Assembly (NCBI GenBank): GCA_964621445.1
Contig: CAZUNO010000018.1
Location: 1 to 58,565, forward strand
DNA length: 58,565 nt
DNA from: Candidatus Hadarchaeota archaeon
Lineage (GTDB): Archaea > CAYQAE01 > CAYVLA01
Direction of reading: 5' to 3'
Below are positions 29,474-39,633 of the stretch, one piece after another. Under the pieces are notes generated by a model. The model made no database searches, had not been told where the DNA came from, and saw only the letters and a list, made by a program, of their open reading frames with translations. Numbering within the stretch: the first letter of the stretch is position 1; each line of letters opens with the position of its first letter. The position numbers were made by a program, and so were the translations under genes.

Positions 29474-31777
29474 ATGCCAAAGGAATCGCACCGACCCATA
29501 ACCTACGTCATAGATTATGAGGATCATCTCGACTTCGCTGACGAATACGTTTCGAGAATCGCCCGAGCACCGCCGGAATTACTGCACTTGGGGCACGAAG
29601 TTCCATTCAACAACACCTGGGGTCCCCTGGAGGAGAAGGAGGACCACCTGTCCCTAATGAGCCCGGAGGAAGTTGAAAATAGGATTGAATCCATCAGCAG
29701 TTTCACCGAAAAGCTCCACCAGGCCGGCGTTGAGGTTTTAATACCATACATCTGCAATCAGACCATCGCCGGGCACCCCGAACGAAGAAAGGGGATATGG
29801 GAGTTCTATGATCACTGGGAGGACTATTCCGATTTTGGTTTCGGCCCCAAACCCCCGGACCCGGAAAAATGGCTTGCCCGGGAAGAATATGGGAACCCCC
29901 ATTTTAACTACGAGATAAGGCACAAGGCCTTCGTCGCTCTGGGTATGCGAAGATATGCCCCCTGTCCCAATAACCCCCACTACAATAGATACCAGAAAGG
30001 CATAGTGGAGAACATAGCCAAGGTGGGGTATGACGGGGTTTTCGTCGACAACTGTATACTGAATTGCTATTGTTATCATTGCCAGTCCAGGTTTAAAGAG
30101 TACATACAAGACAATTATTCGGCCCGGGACCAGTTCGAATTCTTCGGCTTCCAGGACCCGATGGACATCCAACTTTCCACCAAGGGAAACCGCTTCCACT
30201 GGGTGAAAACCCAACCCACATTCAGGAAATTCCTCCGGGAACAATTCTCATCCGAGGTCCTGAAAAGATGGTTGGGAACCGAGGATCCTGACCAGGCGCG
30301 TATAGAGGAGGGCGGGAATGGATGGCTCTGGAATATGGCCGATAGATACCTTCTGTGGATGGAGACAAGCTATTCCCCAGAGGAAAGGCACCGGATGTTC
30401 GGGTCCTCGGAAGTAGCAAATTGGGGAATCATGGATCCAAAAGACCGGGCTCTATGGGCCGAGACCAAGATTTTCTGGGCCAAGAGCGTGGCCAGAAACC
30501 TTAAGCTCATTCGCAATTTCGGGGAATCCATCAGCTCGAACTTCTTTGTCGTTCCCAACTGGGGTGAAATGCAACTTACCGACGGCAACAAATTCAGGGA
30601 GGAAATCGGCCATGATATGGGAATATGGCAGGGGGAAAGCGACTGGCAGATGTTCGAGGAATCAAACGAGCCGGGCATGATAGCTCCGGGGGTTTACCTG
30701 GATTTCATACTCGAGCTGAAGTTCGCCCTTGCCAACGGGGTTCCAGGTGCAATACTAAGTCATGTATCCGGGGATCAAAACACCGTTGAACTCTCACACG
30801 CGGAGTGCCTGGCCGGTCTTGGATCATTCATTCAAAGGAAGGACCTCTTTCCCGATGTTAGAAGTAAATACAGGGCATTCCACCGTGAACAGTCTGCCCT
30901 GCTGGAAGGGTGCCATCCTTACTACCAAGTTGGTCTGGCCTACTTCTACGATCAGCTCCACCTCGAGAATCTATCACACATGCGTCAGGTCTACAAATTC
31001 ACCCGCTACCTGAACGACCAGCACGTCCTTTTCAGCATAATTACCGAGGCTGACCTAGTTGCCGGAAACAACCTGCCCTGCAATGTGCTGATCCTTCCCG
31101 ACCTTCGTTATATCAGCGACGAACAGGTCGCAGGGCTGGAAAACTTCCTGTCTCAGGGAGGTATATGTTTCGCGACCGGGCAGTTCGCATCACATAATGA
31201 GAGGGGTTCTGTTCGGGAAGGGAGTCTAGGCCGCCTAATCCAATCATATCCTGATCGATTCATCCATATTCAAGATCTCGGGTCCCTGATTCCTGATGAC
31301 AAAATAAGCCTGGATGACGCTCGGAGATTGGCGAGAACTACATGGAAAAAGATCAACGTCCCCGGGGGAACTGGTTTCCAATCAATGAAGCATCTGGATG
31401 AGGAGCTAGGTATCCAGCGTTATCTCCAGGGGGGAGAGATGGGAAAGACCCTGCAGGGGGAAATGTCTCTGCCATTAACATCGCCCTGGGATGCCCTTGG
31501 CATCCGGTTCCAGGGATATAGGAAGGGAGGTAATATCATCCTACACGTGGTGAATTATAATCTGGACCTTCTATCAGAAGACGGAACACGGCAAATTGAT
31601 GGTTTGGATTCCCTGGAAATATCCTTACCCCGACCCCATGATTTCGCGCCCTCCAAGATAGTTTCAAAAGAACCCGGTGGCCCTGTAGAAAATGTCCAAT
31701 GGTCCTGCAAAAAGAACGAGGTTTCCATTGGATTGGAGGACCTCAGGTTCTATAAGCTGATTCATATGAAGGGATGA
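29474..31777 (+). CDS. Putative glycoside hydrolase (TIM barrel with CxCxxC and GH42-like trimerization domain)
   Basis: CPNNP, YDGVFVDN, CYCYHC and a C-terminal VLILPDLRYISDEQV...GG class-I-GATase-like domain. Confidence 0.6.
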   Translation: MPKESHRPITYVIDYEDHLDFADEYVSRIARAPPELLHLGHEVPFNNTWGPLEEKEDHLSLMSPEEVENRIESISSFTEKLHQAGVEVLIPYICNQTIAGHPERRKGIWEFYDHWEDYSDFGFGPKPPDPEKWLAREEYGNPHFNYEIRHKAFVALGMRRYAPCPNNPHYNRYQKGIVENIAKVGYDGVFVDNCILNCYCYHCQSRFKEYIQDNYSARDQFEFFGFQDPMDIQLSTKGNRFHWVKTQPTFRKFLREQFSSEVLKRWLGTEDPDQARIEEGGNGWLWNMADRYLLWMETSYSPEERHRMFGSSEVANWGIMDPKDRALWAETKIFWAKSVARNLKLIRNFGESISSNFFVVPNWGEMQLTDGNKFREEIGHDMGIWQGESDWQMFEESNEPGMIAPGVYLDFILELKFALANGVPGAILSHVSGDQNTVELSHAECLAGLGSFIQRKDLFPDVRSKYRAFHREQSALLEGCHPYYQVGLAYFYDQLHLENLSHMRQVYKFTRYLNDQHVLFSIITEADLVAGNNLPCNVLILPDLRYISDEQVAGLENFLSQGGICFATGQFASHNERGSVREGSLGRLIQSYPDRFIHIQDLGSLIPDDKISLDDARRLARTTWKKINVPGGTGFQSMKHLDEELGIQRYLQGGEMGKTLQGEMSLPLTSPWDALGIRFQGYRKGGNIILHVVNYNLDLLSEDGTRQIDGLDSLEISLPRPHDFAPSKIVSKEPGGPVENVQWSCKKNEVSIGLEDLRFYKLIHMKG

Positions 31778-31791
31778 GACCAAAACACGGA

Positions 31792-32865
31792 CTAGACGAG
31801 AAAGGCAAGGAAATAACATAGTCCGAGCTGAATGGCGAAGGTAGCCACCACCTTTGAACCCAGGTCCCTCCTGGAGTGAACGAACTTCAAGGTCCCAATT
31901 ACAGTGAATATGGTTAAAATAAGAAGGAAAACTCCCAGACCGTGATCACCATTCCAGGAGCTAATCAGGGTTCTTGACAAAATCGAATAGGGAACCAATG
32001 ATATCAAAAACCCTAGTTGAAAAAGGCAGAAGGCATTTTTGGATATCCATTTCTTTTCAAAGGTCCAGTGCTCGATATTGTTTGAGGAAACCAGGTATAT
32101 CAAGAACCATAAAAGAATCAGGCATACCCATTTCAGGGGAATCGATAAGTCAACCCTCAAAACCCCTTGTATAATCGCGGCGGTCGCCAAACCCAAGCCC
32201 CCAAAGAAACCCACATTATGTTCCATGTACTTCCATGAAGAGAAGCCAAGATTGTGTTCCTCCCCCTTTCTATGTACCAGTGCTCCCAGGGCAAACCCCC
32301 CTCCAAATCCCAGCCAGCCCAGAACCGCGGAAGCCAATACTTGCCAGTTCGGGTTTGCGAAACCGAAATAGACAGCGGTTCCCGCTGCCCCTCCAGCTAC
32401 CGCCGCCCATGCATCGCTTCTTGGCGGTGATAGGTGAAGCCTTAATCCACGTACCAACAGCTCGTAACCGGCGAAGGCTCCCAAGGATGAGAAAAGAACC
32501 CAGAGCCAGAAATCGTCCAGGCCCATAAAGCCGCCGGAGGCCACGACGCCAAAGCCTATTCCCGCGAAGAATCCCCATAAACCTCCGACCAGAAAAAGGC
32601 CCAACATACCATAAAGAGGAGAGCGTTCCTCTCTTCCCTTCTCAGCGGTGGAGTAACCCACCAGGAGCCCGTAACTCATGACCCCTCCAAGTGCCAAGGC
32701 AACGGCCAGAACCGAACCGTAAGCCAACATCTGCCATCCATCGCCCCCGCCGAAGGCTAGCCATAGAGACATGCCTGTTAGGGATCCTGCTGCCGCGGCT
32801 CCCCACCAGTGCCCCCACTCCCCTCTCAATCCCCATCCCAGGGAGGCCGCATTTGCCACCAACAA
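31792..32865 (-). CDS. Polytopic membrane protein of unknown function
   Basis: About 11 Gly-rich hydrophobic segments; GWGLRGEWGH N-terminal motif. Confidence 0.72.
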   Translation of the reverse strand: MLVANAASLGWGLRGEWGHWWGAAAAGSLTGMSLWLAFGGGDGWQMLAYGSVLAVALALGGVMSYGLLVGYSTAEKGREERSPLYGMLGLFLVGGLWGFFAGIGFGVVASGGFMGLDDFWLWVLFSSLGAFAGYELLVRGLRLHLSPPRSDAWAAVAGGAAGTAVYFGFANPNWQVLASAVLGWLGFGGGFALGALVHRKGEEHNLGFSSWKYMEHNVGFFGGLGLATAAIIQGVLRVDLSIPLKWVCLILLWFLIYLVSSNNIEHWTFEKKWISKNAFCLFQLGFLISLVPYSILSRTLISSWNGDHGLGVFLLILTIFTVIGTLKFVHSRRDLGSKVVATFAIQLGLCYFLAFLV

Positions 32866-32900
32866 TGCCCCAGCGATATCCGAGAGAATATTCCATCCTC

Positions 32901-34190
32901 CTAGTCATAGCCGCCTTTAAAAGAGAGAAGCTCCTCGTAGTTCTCCGTTACCTTTTGGAGTCCCTCGATGACCTGGTCGGAGTAACCGGGGGTCTCCTCG
33001 ATAAATACTGGCATGCCCAGGATCCTATCATGTACCTCCTCCGACAATGGCAGGCTTCCCTGCGGATAACCCGGGTAATCGCCGCTCAAGGGCCCGCCAT
33101 CTCCGTAGAGATCGAACCCCTCCGCAAATAATTTCAACCTGTGTGTAAGGTCGTACCCCCTGTGACTCATGTCAATTCCCTCGGCTTCCAAAGCCCGTAC
33201 CATTAGCTCCGGTCGTATACCCTCCAGCTTTTCGGGGTCATAGATCATGTGCATGCCCCCATAATAGCCTGCCGGTTTGGCCTTAGGTAGAACCTTCACC
33301 GGGTCCAGAGATTCTATGTCCCGGAGAGCCTCCCTGATCTTGTCAACGTATTCCTGCTTCCTCCGGTTCCTCTCATCCAGGCTATCAAACATCACCATCG
33401 CAGCCGCCGTGGCCCAGGGATGGGTCCTGAACTTCAGGCCGAGATTGGTTGGAGCAAGGGAGCCGTACCTGCTATTTTCGAAATCCTCCTCTAAGCCATC
33501 CCGATTAAGGTGACAGAAGAGGAGGATCCTCTCGTAAAGTTCCCGATCATCCGTGGTTATCAGACCAGCCTCGCCTGCCGGGAGAGGTTTTCCCCCCGGC
33601 GGGGCTCCCTGCATCGAGAAGCACCCCACATCCCCAACTGAACCCACCTTTTTGGCTCCCCATTCCGCTCCGTGGGCATGGGAGGCATCCTCAATTATCG
33701 CAATATCATGCTCTTCAGCGATCTCCATTATGGCATCCATGTCACACACATTACCATAGAGATGAACCACGCTAACCGCCTTGGTGCGCGGGGTTATCCT
33801 TTTCTCCATGTCATCGGGATCTATAAGCAGGGTTTCGGGATCTATTTCACAGAAGACCGGTCTCGCGCCCATATGGACCGCGGGTGAAATGGAGCATATC
33901 CAGGTATAGCAGGGATGGAGAACCTCATCGCCCCTCCTAACCCCGACCGCGTAATAGGCTGCCCACAGGGTGGAGGTTCCATTGTGCTGACACAGGCAAT
34001 GCTCGGTCCCCACATACTCGGCGAATCTTCTCTCGAGTTCACGTGGAGTGCCACTGCCGGACATGGACCAAACTCCCTCATCTATCATCCTTCCCACGGC
34101 AGTTTTTATCCTATCGGTGGGAACCGGCCATTTTTCATCGGCCTCGACCTGGACCGCCTTCGGCCCTCCCAGAAGAGCAAGTTGGGGCAT
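32901..34190 (-). CDS. DegT/DnrJ/EryC1/StrS PLP-dependent aminotransferase
   Basis: LALLGG, NGTS, VVHLYG, IIEDASHAHG and FSMQ...K...GEAG motifs. ATG at 34190 preferred as start. Confidence 0.92.
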   Translation of the reverse strand: MPQLALLGGPKAVQVEADEKWPVPTDRIKTAVGRMIDEGVWSMSGSGTPRELERRFAEYVGTEHCLCQHNGTSTLWAAYYAVGVRRGDEVLHPCYTWICSISPAVHMGARPVFCEIDPETLLIDPDDMEKRITPRTKAVSVVHLYGNVCDMDAIMEIAEEHDIAIIEDASHAHGAEWGAKKVGSVGDVGCFSMQGAPPGGKPLPAGEAGLITTDDRELYERILLFCHLNRDGLEEDFENSRYGSLAPTNLGLKFRTHPWATAAAMVMFDSLDERNRRKQEYVDKIREALRDIESLDPVKVLPKAKPAGYYGGMHMIYDPEKLEGIRPELMVRALEAEGIDMSHRGYDLTHRLKLFAEGFDLYGDGGPLSGDYPGYPQGSLPLSEEVHDRILGMPVFIEETPGYSDQVIEGLQKVTENYEELLSFKGGYD

Positions 34191-34276
34191 GACGATCACG
34201 GGCGAATATGGTAAATACAGATAAGTGTGACCCACAATTATCCCGAGGACCGATCACTCAGGGGAGGAGATATTTG

Positions 34277-35359
34277 ATGGACTCAAGAGAACGGATATGG
34301 AACCTATTCAACTTTCAGGAGGCCGACAGGATTGGATTTGTCGACTTTCCCTGGGGCACAACCATACAGGACTGGGAGGACCAGGGACTCGAGAGGGGAA
34401 CTTTCATACAGAAGCGTTTTGGCATGGATCTCTACGGCTTGGGGGTGGATGTATCACCAAAATTCGACGAGATGACCTTTGACAAGGGAGATAACTGGGT
34501 AATTTCAAGGGATAGATATGGAGTCAAGCAGAAGCGTTGGCAGGGAAGAGATGGGGTACCACTTCACATCGACCCTCCTTTCAAGGACCTCCAGGGTTTT
34601 GAGGAAAGGATAGCTCCTCTACTGGATCCCGATTCTCCGATAAGGATTTCGAGTGGCAGTTATCCCTTCAGGGACGAACTGGAAATGATGGTCAAGAAAT
34701 TCCAGGAAGATTTCTTCGTATTCGCCTCCTTCTTCGGGACCTTTGAATATACACGCCACATATGTGGCGGCACAAAGAACGCTCTAAGGTACATGATGAT
34801 AGACCAGCGCCTGACCAGGAAAATGTATCAATGCTTCGCGGATTTTATGGGGCCATTGAGCGCCGCCATGTGCGACGCTGGGTGTGACTGCGTATGGGTT
34901 TGGGACGACCTGGGATTTGCCGATGGGCCTTTCTTCTCTCCCGCCAACTACCGGAAATTCGTTATGCCCTCTCACCAGGCCATCACCGGCCCATTTAGGA
35001 AGAAGGGACTTCCAGCAGTGCTCCACTCCGATGGTAACGTAACCAAGCTGATTCCAGATTTGATAAAGGCTGGATTCACCGCCCTCCAACCTCTGGAAGT
35101 AAAGGCAGGGATGGACGTCATTGAGCTAAAGGAGAAGTACGGAGATCAGTTAGCATTCATAGGAAACATCGATGCCAGAGCGCTGGCTACAAATGACCTG
35201 GATAAAATCAAGAAGGAGGTACTGCCCAAGATAGAAAAGGCAGCACCCGGAGGTGGTTATGTTCTCTGTTCTGACCACTCCATATCCCCCGAGGTTAGCC
35301 TGGAAACATTCTCCGCCTTCTCCAAGATGGCTAGGAAGTACGGTAGATACACCACGTGA
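34277..35359 (+). CDS. Uroporphyrinogen decarboxylase/MtaA superfamily protein
   Basis: MDSRER..EADR, WDDLG, LHSDG, QPLEVKAGMD, GNID and GGGYVLCSDHSI motifs; GGAGG SD upstream. Confidence 0.88.
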   Translation: MDSRERIWNLFNFQEADRIGFVDFPWGTTIQDWEDQGLERGTFIQKRFGMDLYGLGVDVSPKFDEMTFDKGDNWVISRDRYGVKQKRWQGRDGVPLHIDPPFKDLQGFEERIAPLLDPDSPIRISSGSYPFRDELEMMVKKFQEDFFVFASFFGTFEYTRHICGGTKNALRYMMIDQRLTRKMYQCFADFMGPLSAAMCDAGCDCVWVWDDLGFADGPFFSPANYRKFVMPSHQAITGPFRKKGLPAVLHSDGNVTKLIPDLIKAGFTALQPLEVKAGMDVIELKEKYGDQLAFIGNIDARALATNDLDKIKKEVLPKIEKAAPGGGYVLCSDHSISPEVSLETFSAFSKMARKYGRYTT

Positions 35360-35391
35360 AGAGTTAAGAGAAAGCATCTCCGTTCAGGTCC

Positions 35392-37353
35392 ATGAAATAT
35401 CCATCTCATGGAAATGAAGATCGGAAAACCCTCAGGCTGCCTCCAGATGTCCACCTCGGGTCCGTGAACCCTCCGAATATGGTAGTAGGCTCGGTGGGAA
35501 CCTGGGAGATGACCCTTCGATTATCAAGTCGCTTGAAAGGCGATGAGATTGTTCTGTGGTTGGGGGGCCATAGGTGGGTAAAGACCGATCTCCTGGCGCA
35601 AAACCAGGACCCCCGAGCCCCCAATTATGTTTCCGCAAGTATAGCAGGCGGTCTCCAACTTAAACCAGCTCCAAGAGACCCACCGAAAAAAATCCATGAA
35701 CTCATGCGGGTTCCATTTAGGATACCTAAGAAGGGAATACCTTCCGGTTCTACCATTCGTATTTTGGTTGGAGATCGATCTCAAGGCAGCCCGGGCTTTA
35801 CAGGTCCGGTATTTCGATGTGGAAACGTATTTCTGCCCCTTACTGCCCGGCCAAAGCCCGAGACACTTGGTAAAAAAGAATTCAACTGGATCGGTGCATT
35901 TCAGTTGGATTTCTTGGGAGGAACCATCGACAACCTAAAGGTCCTTGCTCCCTCCCAGGTCGCCTGCCAGGAACCTTTCTCGGTGACCGTTCGGCCCCAG
36001 GACAGGTATGGAAATATATCCGAGCATTCACCCGGGGGCCTTGATATTTCCATCGAGGGAAGAAAAATTCACAGAGAATCTCAACCTGCCTTGAATCCCG
36101 CGGGCGCAATTGAGATTGGAGATCTAAGTTTCAAGAAGGAGGGTATAAAAAGAATTGAGGTCCAGGATACTGACGGCCGAAGGGCGATAAGCAATCCAAT
36201 TAGGGTCGGGAAATCCGATAATTGCCTTTTCTGGGGATTGATCCACGAACATACCGAAATTTCCGATGGAATGGGATCTCTGGGTTCCTGCTATAGAAAT
36301 CTGAGGTACGGGTCGAGGCTCGACTTCGGTGCTAGCTCCGACCACGATCACGTCTATGAAACAAGCGACGAGATGTGGGGGATGACGAAGAAAGCGGCCG
36401 CAAAATACCATGACCCCGGTTCTTTCGTTACCCTTCTGGGATACGAATGGGCCAAATGGCGAAAGAATGGAGACGGGGATAGAAACGTTTACTACCCTGG
36501 AGATGACGGCGAGATGTTTAGGTCCGAAACCGGACAATTCGATACCCCAAACAAGCTCTTCCAGGCCCTAGAAGGACAGGAATGCCTAATCATCCCCCAT
36601 CACACGGCCTATGAAGGCAATTTCTGTGACTGGTCTCATCATGATCCCCAGAAGGAGAGGTTGGTGGAGATATACTCCGTCTGGGGCAGCTCCGAAATGA
36701 GCGCCGAGAGGGGAAATCCACTCCCTATCAGGAACCCAAGGGCCTATAACCCCAAATGGATCAAGGTTTCTGGAGAGCGCCCCTCCCTGGGAGAACAGCC
36801 GGTGGGCTTTGTTCAGAACGCTCTGGCCCAGGGATGGAGGGTCGGATTTACCGGAGGGGGAGATATGCACAAAAGCCACCCCGGACATGACGTAAGGAAG
36901 GGATTCCCGCCTTACGATTATAAACCCGGAATAACCGGAGTTTGTGCACCCGAAAAGACACGCAAGGCGATATATACGGGTCTAAAATCCCGCTGTTGTT
37001 ATGCCACGACCGGTGCCAGAATCATTTTGCAGATGGACCTGAATGGTTCACCCATGGGTTCGGAGTTACTGGCTGGGGAGTGTGCACCCAGGGAGATCAA
37101 TCTGGAAGTTCATGGCACTAGTGAAATAGCCAAGGTGGAGCTCATTCGTAATAATCAGGTGATCCGAAGGGAACGGCGGCTGGCAATGGATTTCAAGGCA
37201 AACTGGGTCGATGATGAGGACTTCATGGACGTCTCCCTTCCCGCCAACAGATGGTCCAAAAGACCCTTTATTTTCTACTATGTTAGGCTGCAACAGGAGG
37301 ACTCGGAGATGGCCTGGAGCAGCCCCGTGTGGGTACAGAAAGATGGTGAGTGA
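35392..37353 (+). CDS. DUF3604-like PHP-fold metallohydrolase
   Basis: WGLIHEHTEISDG, SDHD, GYEW, IPHH, VEIYSVWG, GGGDMH, YATTGARI and AWSSPVW motifs. Confidence 0.8.
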   Translation: MKYPSHGNEDRKTLRLPPDVHLGSVNPPNMVVGSVGTWEMTLRLSSRLKGDEIVLWLGGHRWVKTDLLAQNQDPRAPNYVSASIAGGLQLKPAPRDPPKKIHELMRVPFRIPKKGIPSGSTIRILVGDRSQGSPGFTGPVFRCGNVFLPLTARPKPETLGKKEFNWIGAFQLDFLGGTIDNLKVLAPSQVACQEPFSVTVRPQDRYGNISEHSPGGLDISIEGRKIHRESQPALNPAGAIEIGDLSFKKEGIKRIEVQDTDGRRAISNPIRVGKSDNCLFWGLIHEHTEISDGMGSLGSCYRNLRYGSRLDFGASSDHDHVYETSDEMWGMTKKAAAKYHDPGSFVTLLGYEWAKWRKNGDGDRNVYYPGDDGEMFRSETGQFDTPNKLFQALEGQECLIIPHHTAYEGNFCDWSHHDPQKERLVEIYSVWGSSEMSAERGNPLPIRNPRAYNPKWIKVSGERPSLGEQPVGFVQNALAQGWRVGFTGGGDMHKSHPGHDVRKGFPPYDYKPGITGVCAPEKTRKAIYTGLKSRCCYATTGARIILQMDLNGSPMGSELLAGECAPREINLEVHGTSEIAKVELIRNNQVIRRERRLAMDFKANWVDDEDFMDVSLPANRWSKRPFIFYYVRLQQEDSEMAWSSPVWVQKDGE

Positions 37354-38123
37354 AAGACTTGAAAGTTAGATACGAGCTTATGACCCCCTCCGAGATAAGG
37401 AAGGCGAGGGAGAGATATCCCGTTGCATACCTGCCCCTGGGAACCCTTGAATGGCACGGTGAGCACCTGCCCGTGGGAAATGACGCGCTCAAGGCCCATG
37501 CACTCTGCTGCAGAATGGCCCAGGAAATCGGTGGTCTATCCATGCCCCCGATTTATTGGGGCGATAATCGGGAGGAAATCGCGGAGGTTGTCTTTGATCC
37601 CCAGCACTTCGATCATCTGGAAAGGGATCACACGGCTGAAATGATGGAGGCATATGATCTTTCCAAGGAGAATTTCCTTCGGGAAGCAGCTCGTTCGAGA
37701 GAAAAGGGAGGCTGGAAGCTTTTCAAGGCCATCCTGACCCATTCCCTCCACCAAATAGAAAACCTGGGATTTGAAGTTGTGGTAACCGTTTCCGGTCATT
37801 ATCCCCTAAATGGTTCGGCCAAGGAGGTGGCCGAGCATTATGACGGGGAATCGAGGATACTGCCCATCATGGGCTATGATCTAGTTGAGGACCTGGGGTA
37901 TAAAGGAGACCACGCCGCAAAATGGGAGACCTCCCTGCTATTGAGCCTCAGACCGGAACTCGTCGACCTTCAGAAACTTCGGGAAACCGGTCGCCTGACC
38001 GGAGTAATGGGCGAGGACCCCCGCGAGGCGTCGGCTAATTATGGAATAGTCGCCATTAACGAGATGATCGATGCGGCTAGAAGAAAGATCGGAACACTCC
38101 TAGGGCAAGCCCAAGGGAAATGA
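37350..38123 (+). CDS. Creatininase/creatinine amidohydrolase family protein
   Basis: PLGTLEWHGEHLPVGND, SGHY and DHAAKWETS motifs; 4-bp overlap with the upstream gene. Confidence 0.9.
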   Translation: MKDLKVRYELMTPSEIRKARERYPVAYLPLGTLEWHGEHLPVGNDALKAHALCCRMAQEIGGLSMPPIYWGDNREEIAEVVFDPQHFDHLERDHTAEMMEAYDLSKENFLREAARSREKGGWKLFKAILTHSLHQIENLGFEVVVTVSGHYPLNGSAKEVAEHYDGESRILPIMGYDLVEDLGYKGDHAAKWETSLLLSLRPELVDLQKLRETGRLTGVMGEDPREASANYGIVAINEMIDAARRKIGTLLGQAQGK

Positions 38124-38193
38124 TATTTTCCCTTAATACGGAGAACTCCATCCCAGCAGGCATCTTTTTGAACCCGGAGCCGAAGGGACTTGC

Positions 38194-38679
38194 ATGGACA
38201 CCTTCGATTGCATAGTTGGAAGGAGATCGATCCGGTCCTTTACCCGGGAAGAGATACCTAAAGGGTGCATTAGGAAGATCCTGGAAGCTGCCCGCTGGGC
38301 CCCCAGCGCCAATAACAGGCAACCATGGCAGTTTATTATCATAAGGGATCCCGGCACCCTTTCACAGATAGCTTCCCATGCCCGATACGGACGTTTTATC
38401 TCCGATGCAGCGGCTGCAGTAGCGGTGGTGACTGATCCATCGACCAAGTGGCACCAGATCGATGGTTCTACTGCCGTTCAGAATATGGCCCTGGAGGCCT
38501 GGGATCTCGGAATAGGAACATGTTGGATCGGAAGCCTGGAACGCGACCAGGTGAAGGACATCTTGAACATACCGGGTGACCTGCACCTGCTAACCGTCCT
38601 CCCCTTCGGGTATCCCGCTTCGGCGGGGTCTTCCAGCAGGAGAAAACTGGACTCAATGATTCACGAGGAGAAATGGTAG
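38194..38679 (+). CDS. Nitroreductase family protein
   Basis: RRSIRSF, APSANNRQPWQF, QNMAL...GIGTCWIG and FGYP motifs. Confidence 0.92.
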   Translation: MDTFDCIVGRRSIRSFTREEIPKGCIRKILEAARWAPSANNRQPWQFIIIRDPGTLSQIASHARYGRFISDAAAAVAVVTDPSTKWHQIDGSTAVQNMALEAWDLGIGTCWIGSLERDQVKDILNIPGDLHLLTVLPFGYPASAGSSSRRKLDSMIHEEKW

Positions 38680-38688
38680 ACCGTTAAC

Positions 38689-39487
38689 CTAATACGGATT
38701 GGGACACTTTGCCACAAAAATCTTCATAGGAAGAATGACGATCATAAGCATGGCTAGAATCGACACGCTTTCGCTCACCTCGCATTCGGTAACAATTATC
38801 TCATCAACCCGTGCCTCGTGACGTGAGCCTCCACCCACCCTGATATATAGCGAGTTGATTGAAGAGGGCCGGGTACTTATCATATCGATTTCCCCCAGCA
38901 AGTTGTCCCATTGATAGACTGAAGTCTCCCCCGCAGCTAAATCGACATCTGCCCGGAAGGGAATCCAGGCATCCTGAGGGTAGTATTCGTTGAAGGGAAT
39001 CACCGTTTGGTTCTCCCGTGTCCCCAGCTCCACCAAGGGAATTCTCGAGCGGTACGATCTCAAACCAAGCGAAAAGGCCACGGAATCACTGTCACCGGCA
39101 CATGGATCCTTCTCCCTCAATCTGACCTTGAACCCTATCGATATGAGGGAGGAATTCAACGTTACATTCCTCTCCACTAGAGCCCTGTTGTTGCAGAAAC
39201 TCTCCAATTTTAAGTATCTGTTATTTCGCTGAAAGTTTTCCCCGACCCATAAAGAATCCAAGCCATATCCCGGGGACAGAACTACTCAATCCAGGGACCA
39301 ATTGGCCGCACTGATATAGGGTTGGTAATCCTCAATCCTCTTTGAAAACCAAACTCAGGTTTCCTTCACAGGAACTAGAACTCGAGTCGCTATAGGCCAG
39401 ATGTGAAAAGATGGTAACCGCCGCAAAGACGGAGGAAAGAAGGATCAGAAATAGGGCTGATCTCACGTGGCTTCGGAGTACTTCCAT
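38689..39487 (-). pseudogene. Secreted beta-sandwich surface protein with C-terminal anchor, disrupted by a frameshift (about 39334) and an in-frame TGA (39286-39288)
   Basis: ATG 39487 gives a signal peptide (MEVLRSHVRSALFLILSSSVFAAVTIF...LVFKED). After a frameshift it reads EDYQPYISAANWSLD*VVLSPGYG into the 190-aa ORF, which ends in VSE + hydrophobic helix + basic tail. Confidence 0.65.
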
Positions 39488-39633
39488 GAATCATCTTAGG
39501 CAGAGCGATCAATAAAGCTTCTCGGCTCAGGAAAAGAACTCCTTCTATATCCTTTCCATAATGCAAGAAATTTCATACCTCAAATATGAACAACCAAGTG
39601 ATCCACATGCCGGCCACTCAGAACACTTCGAAG

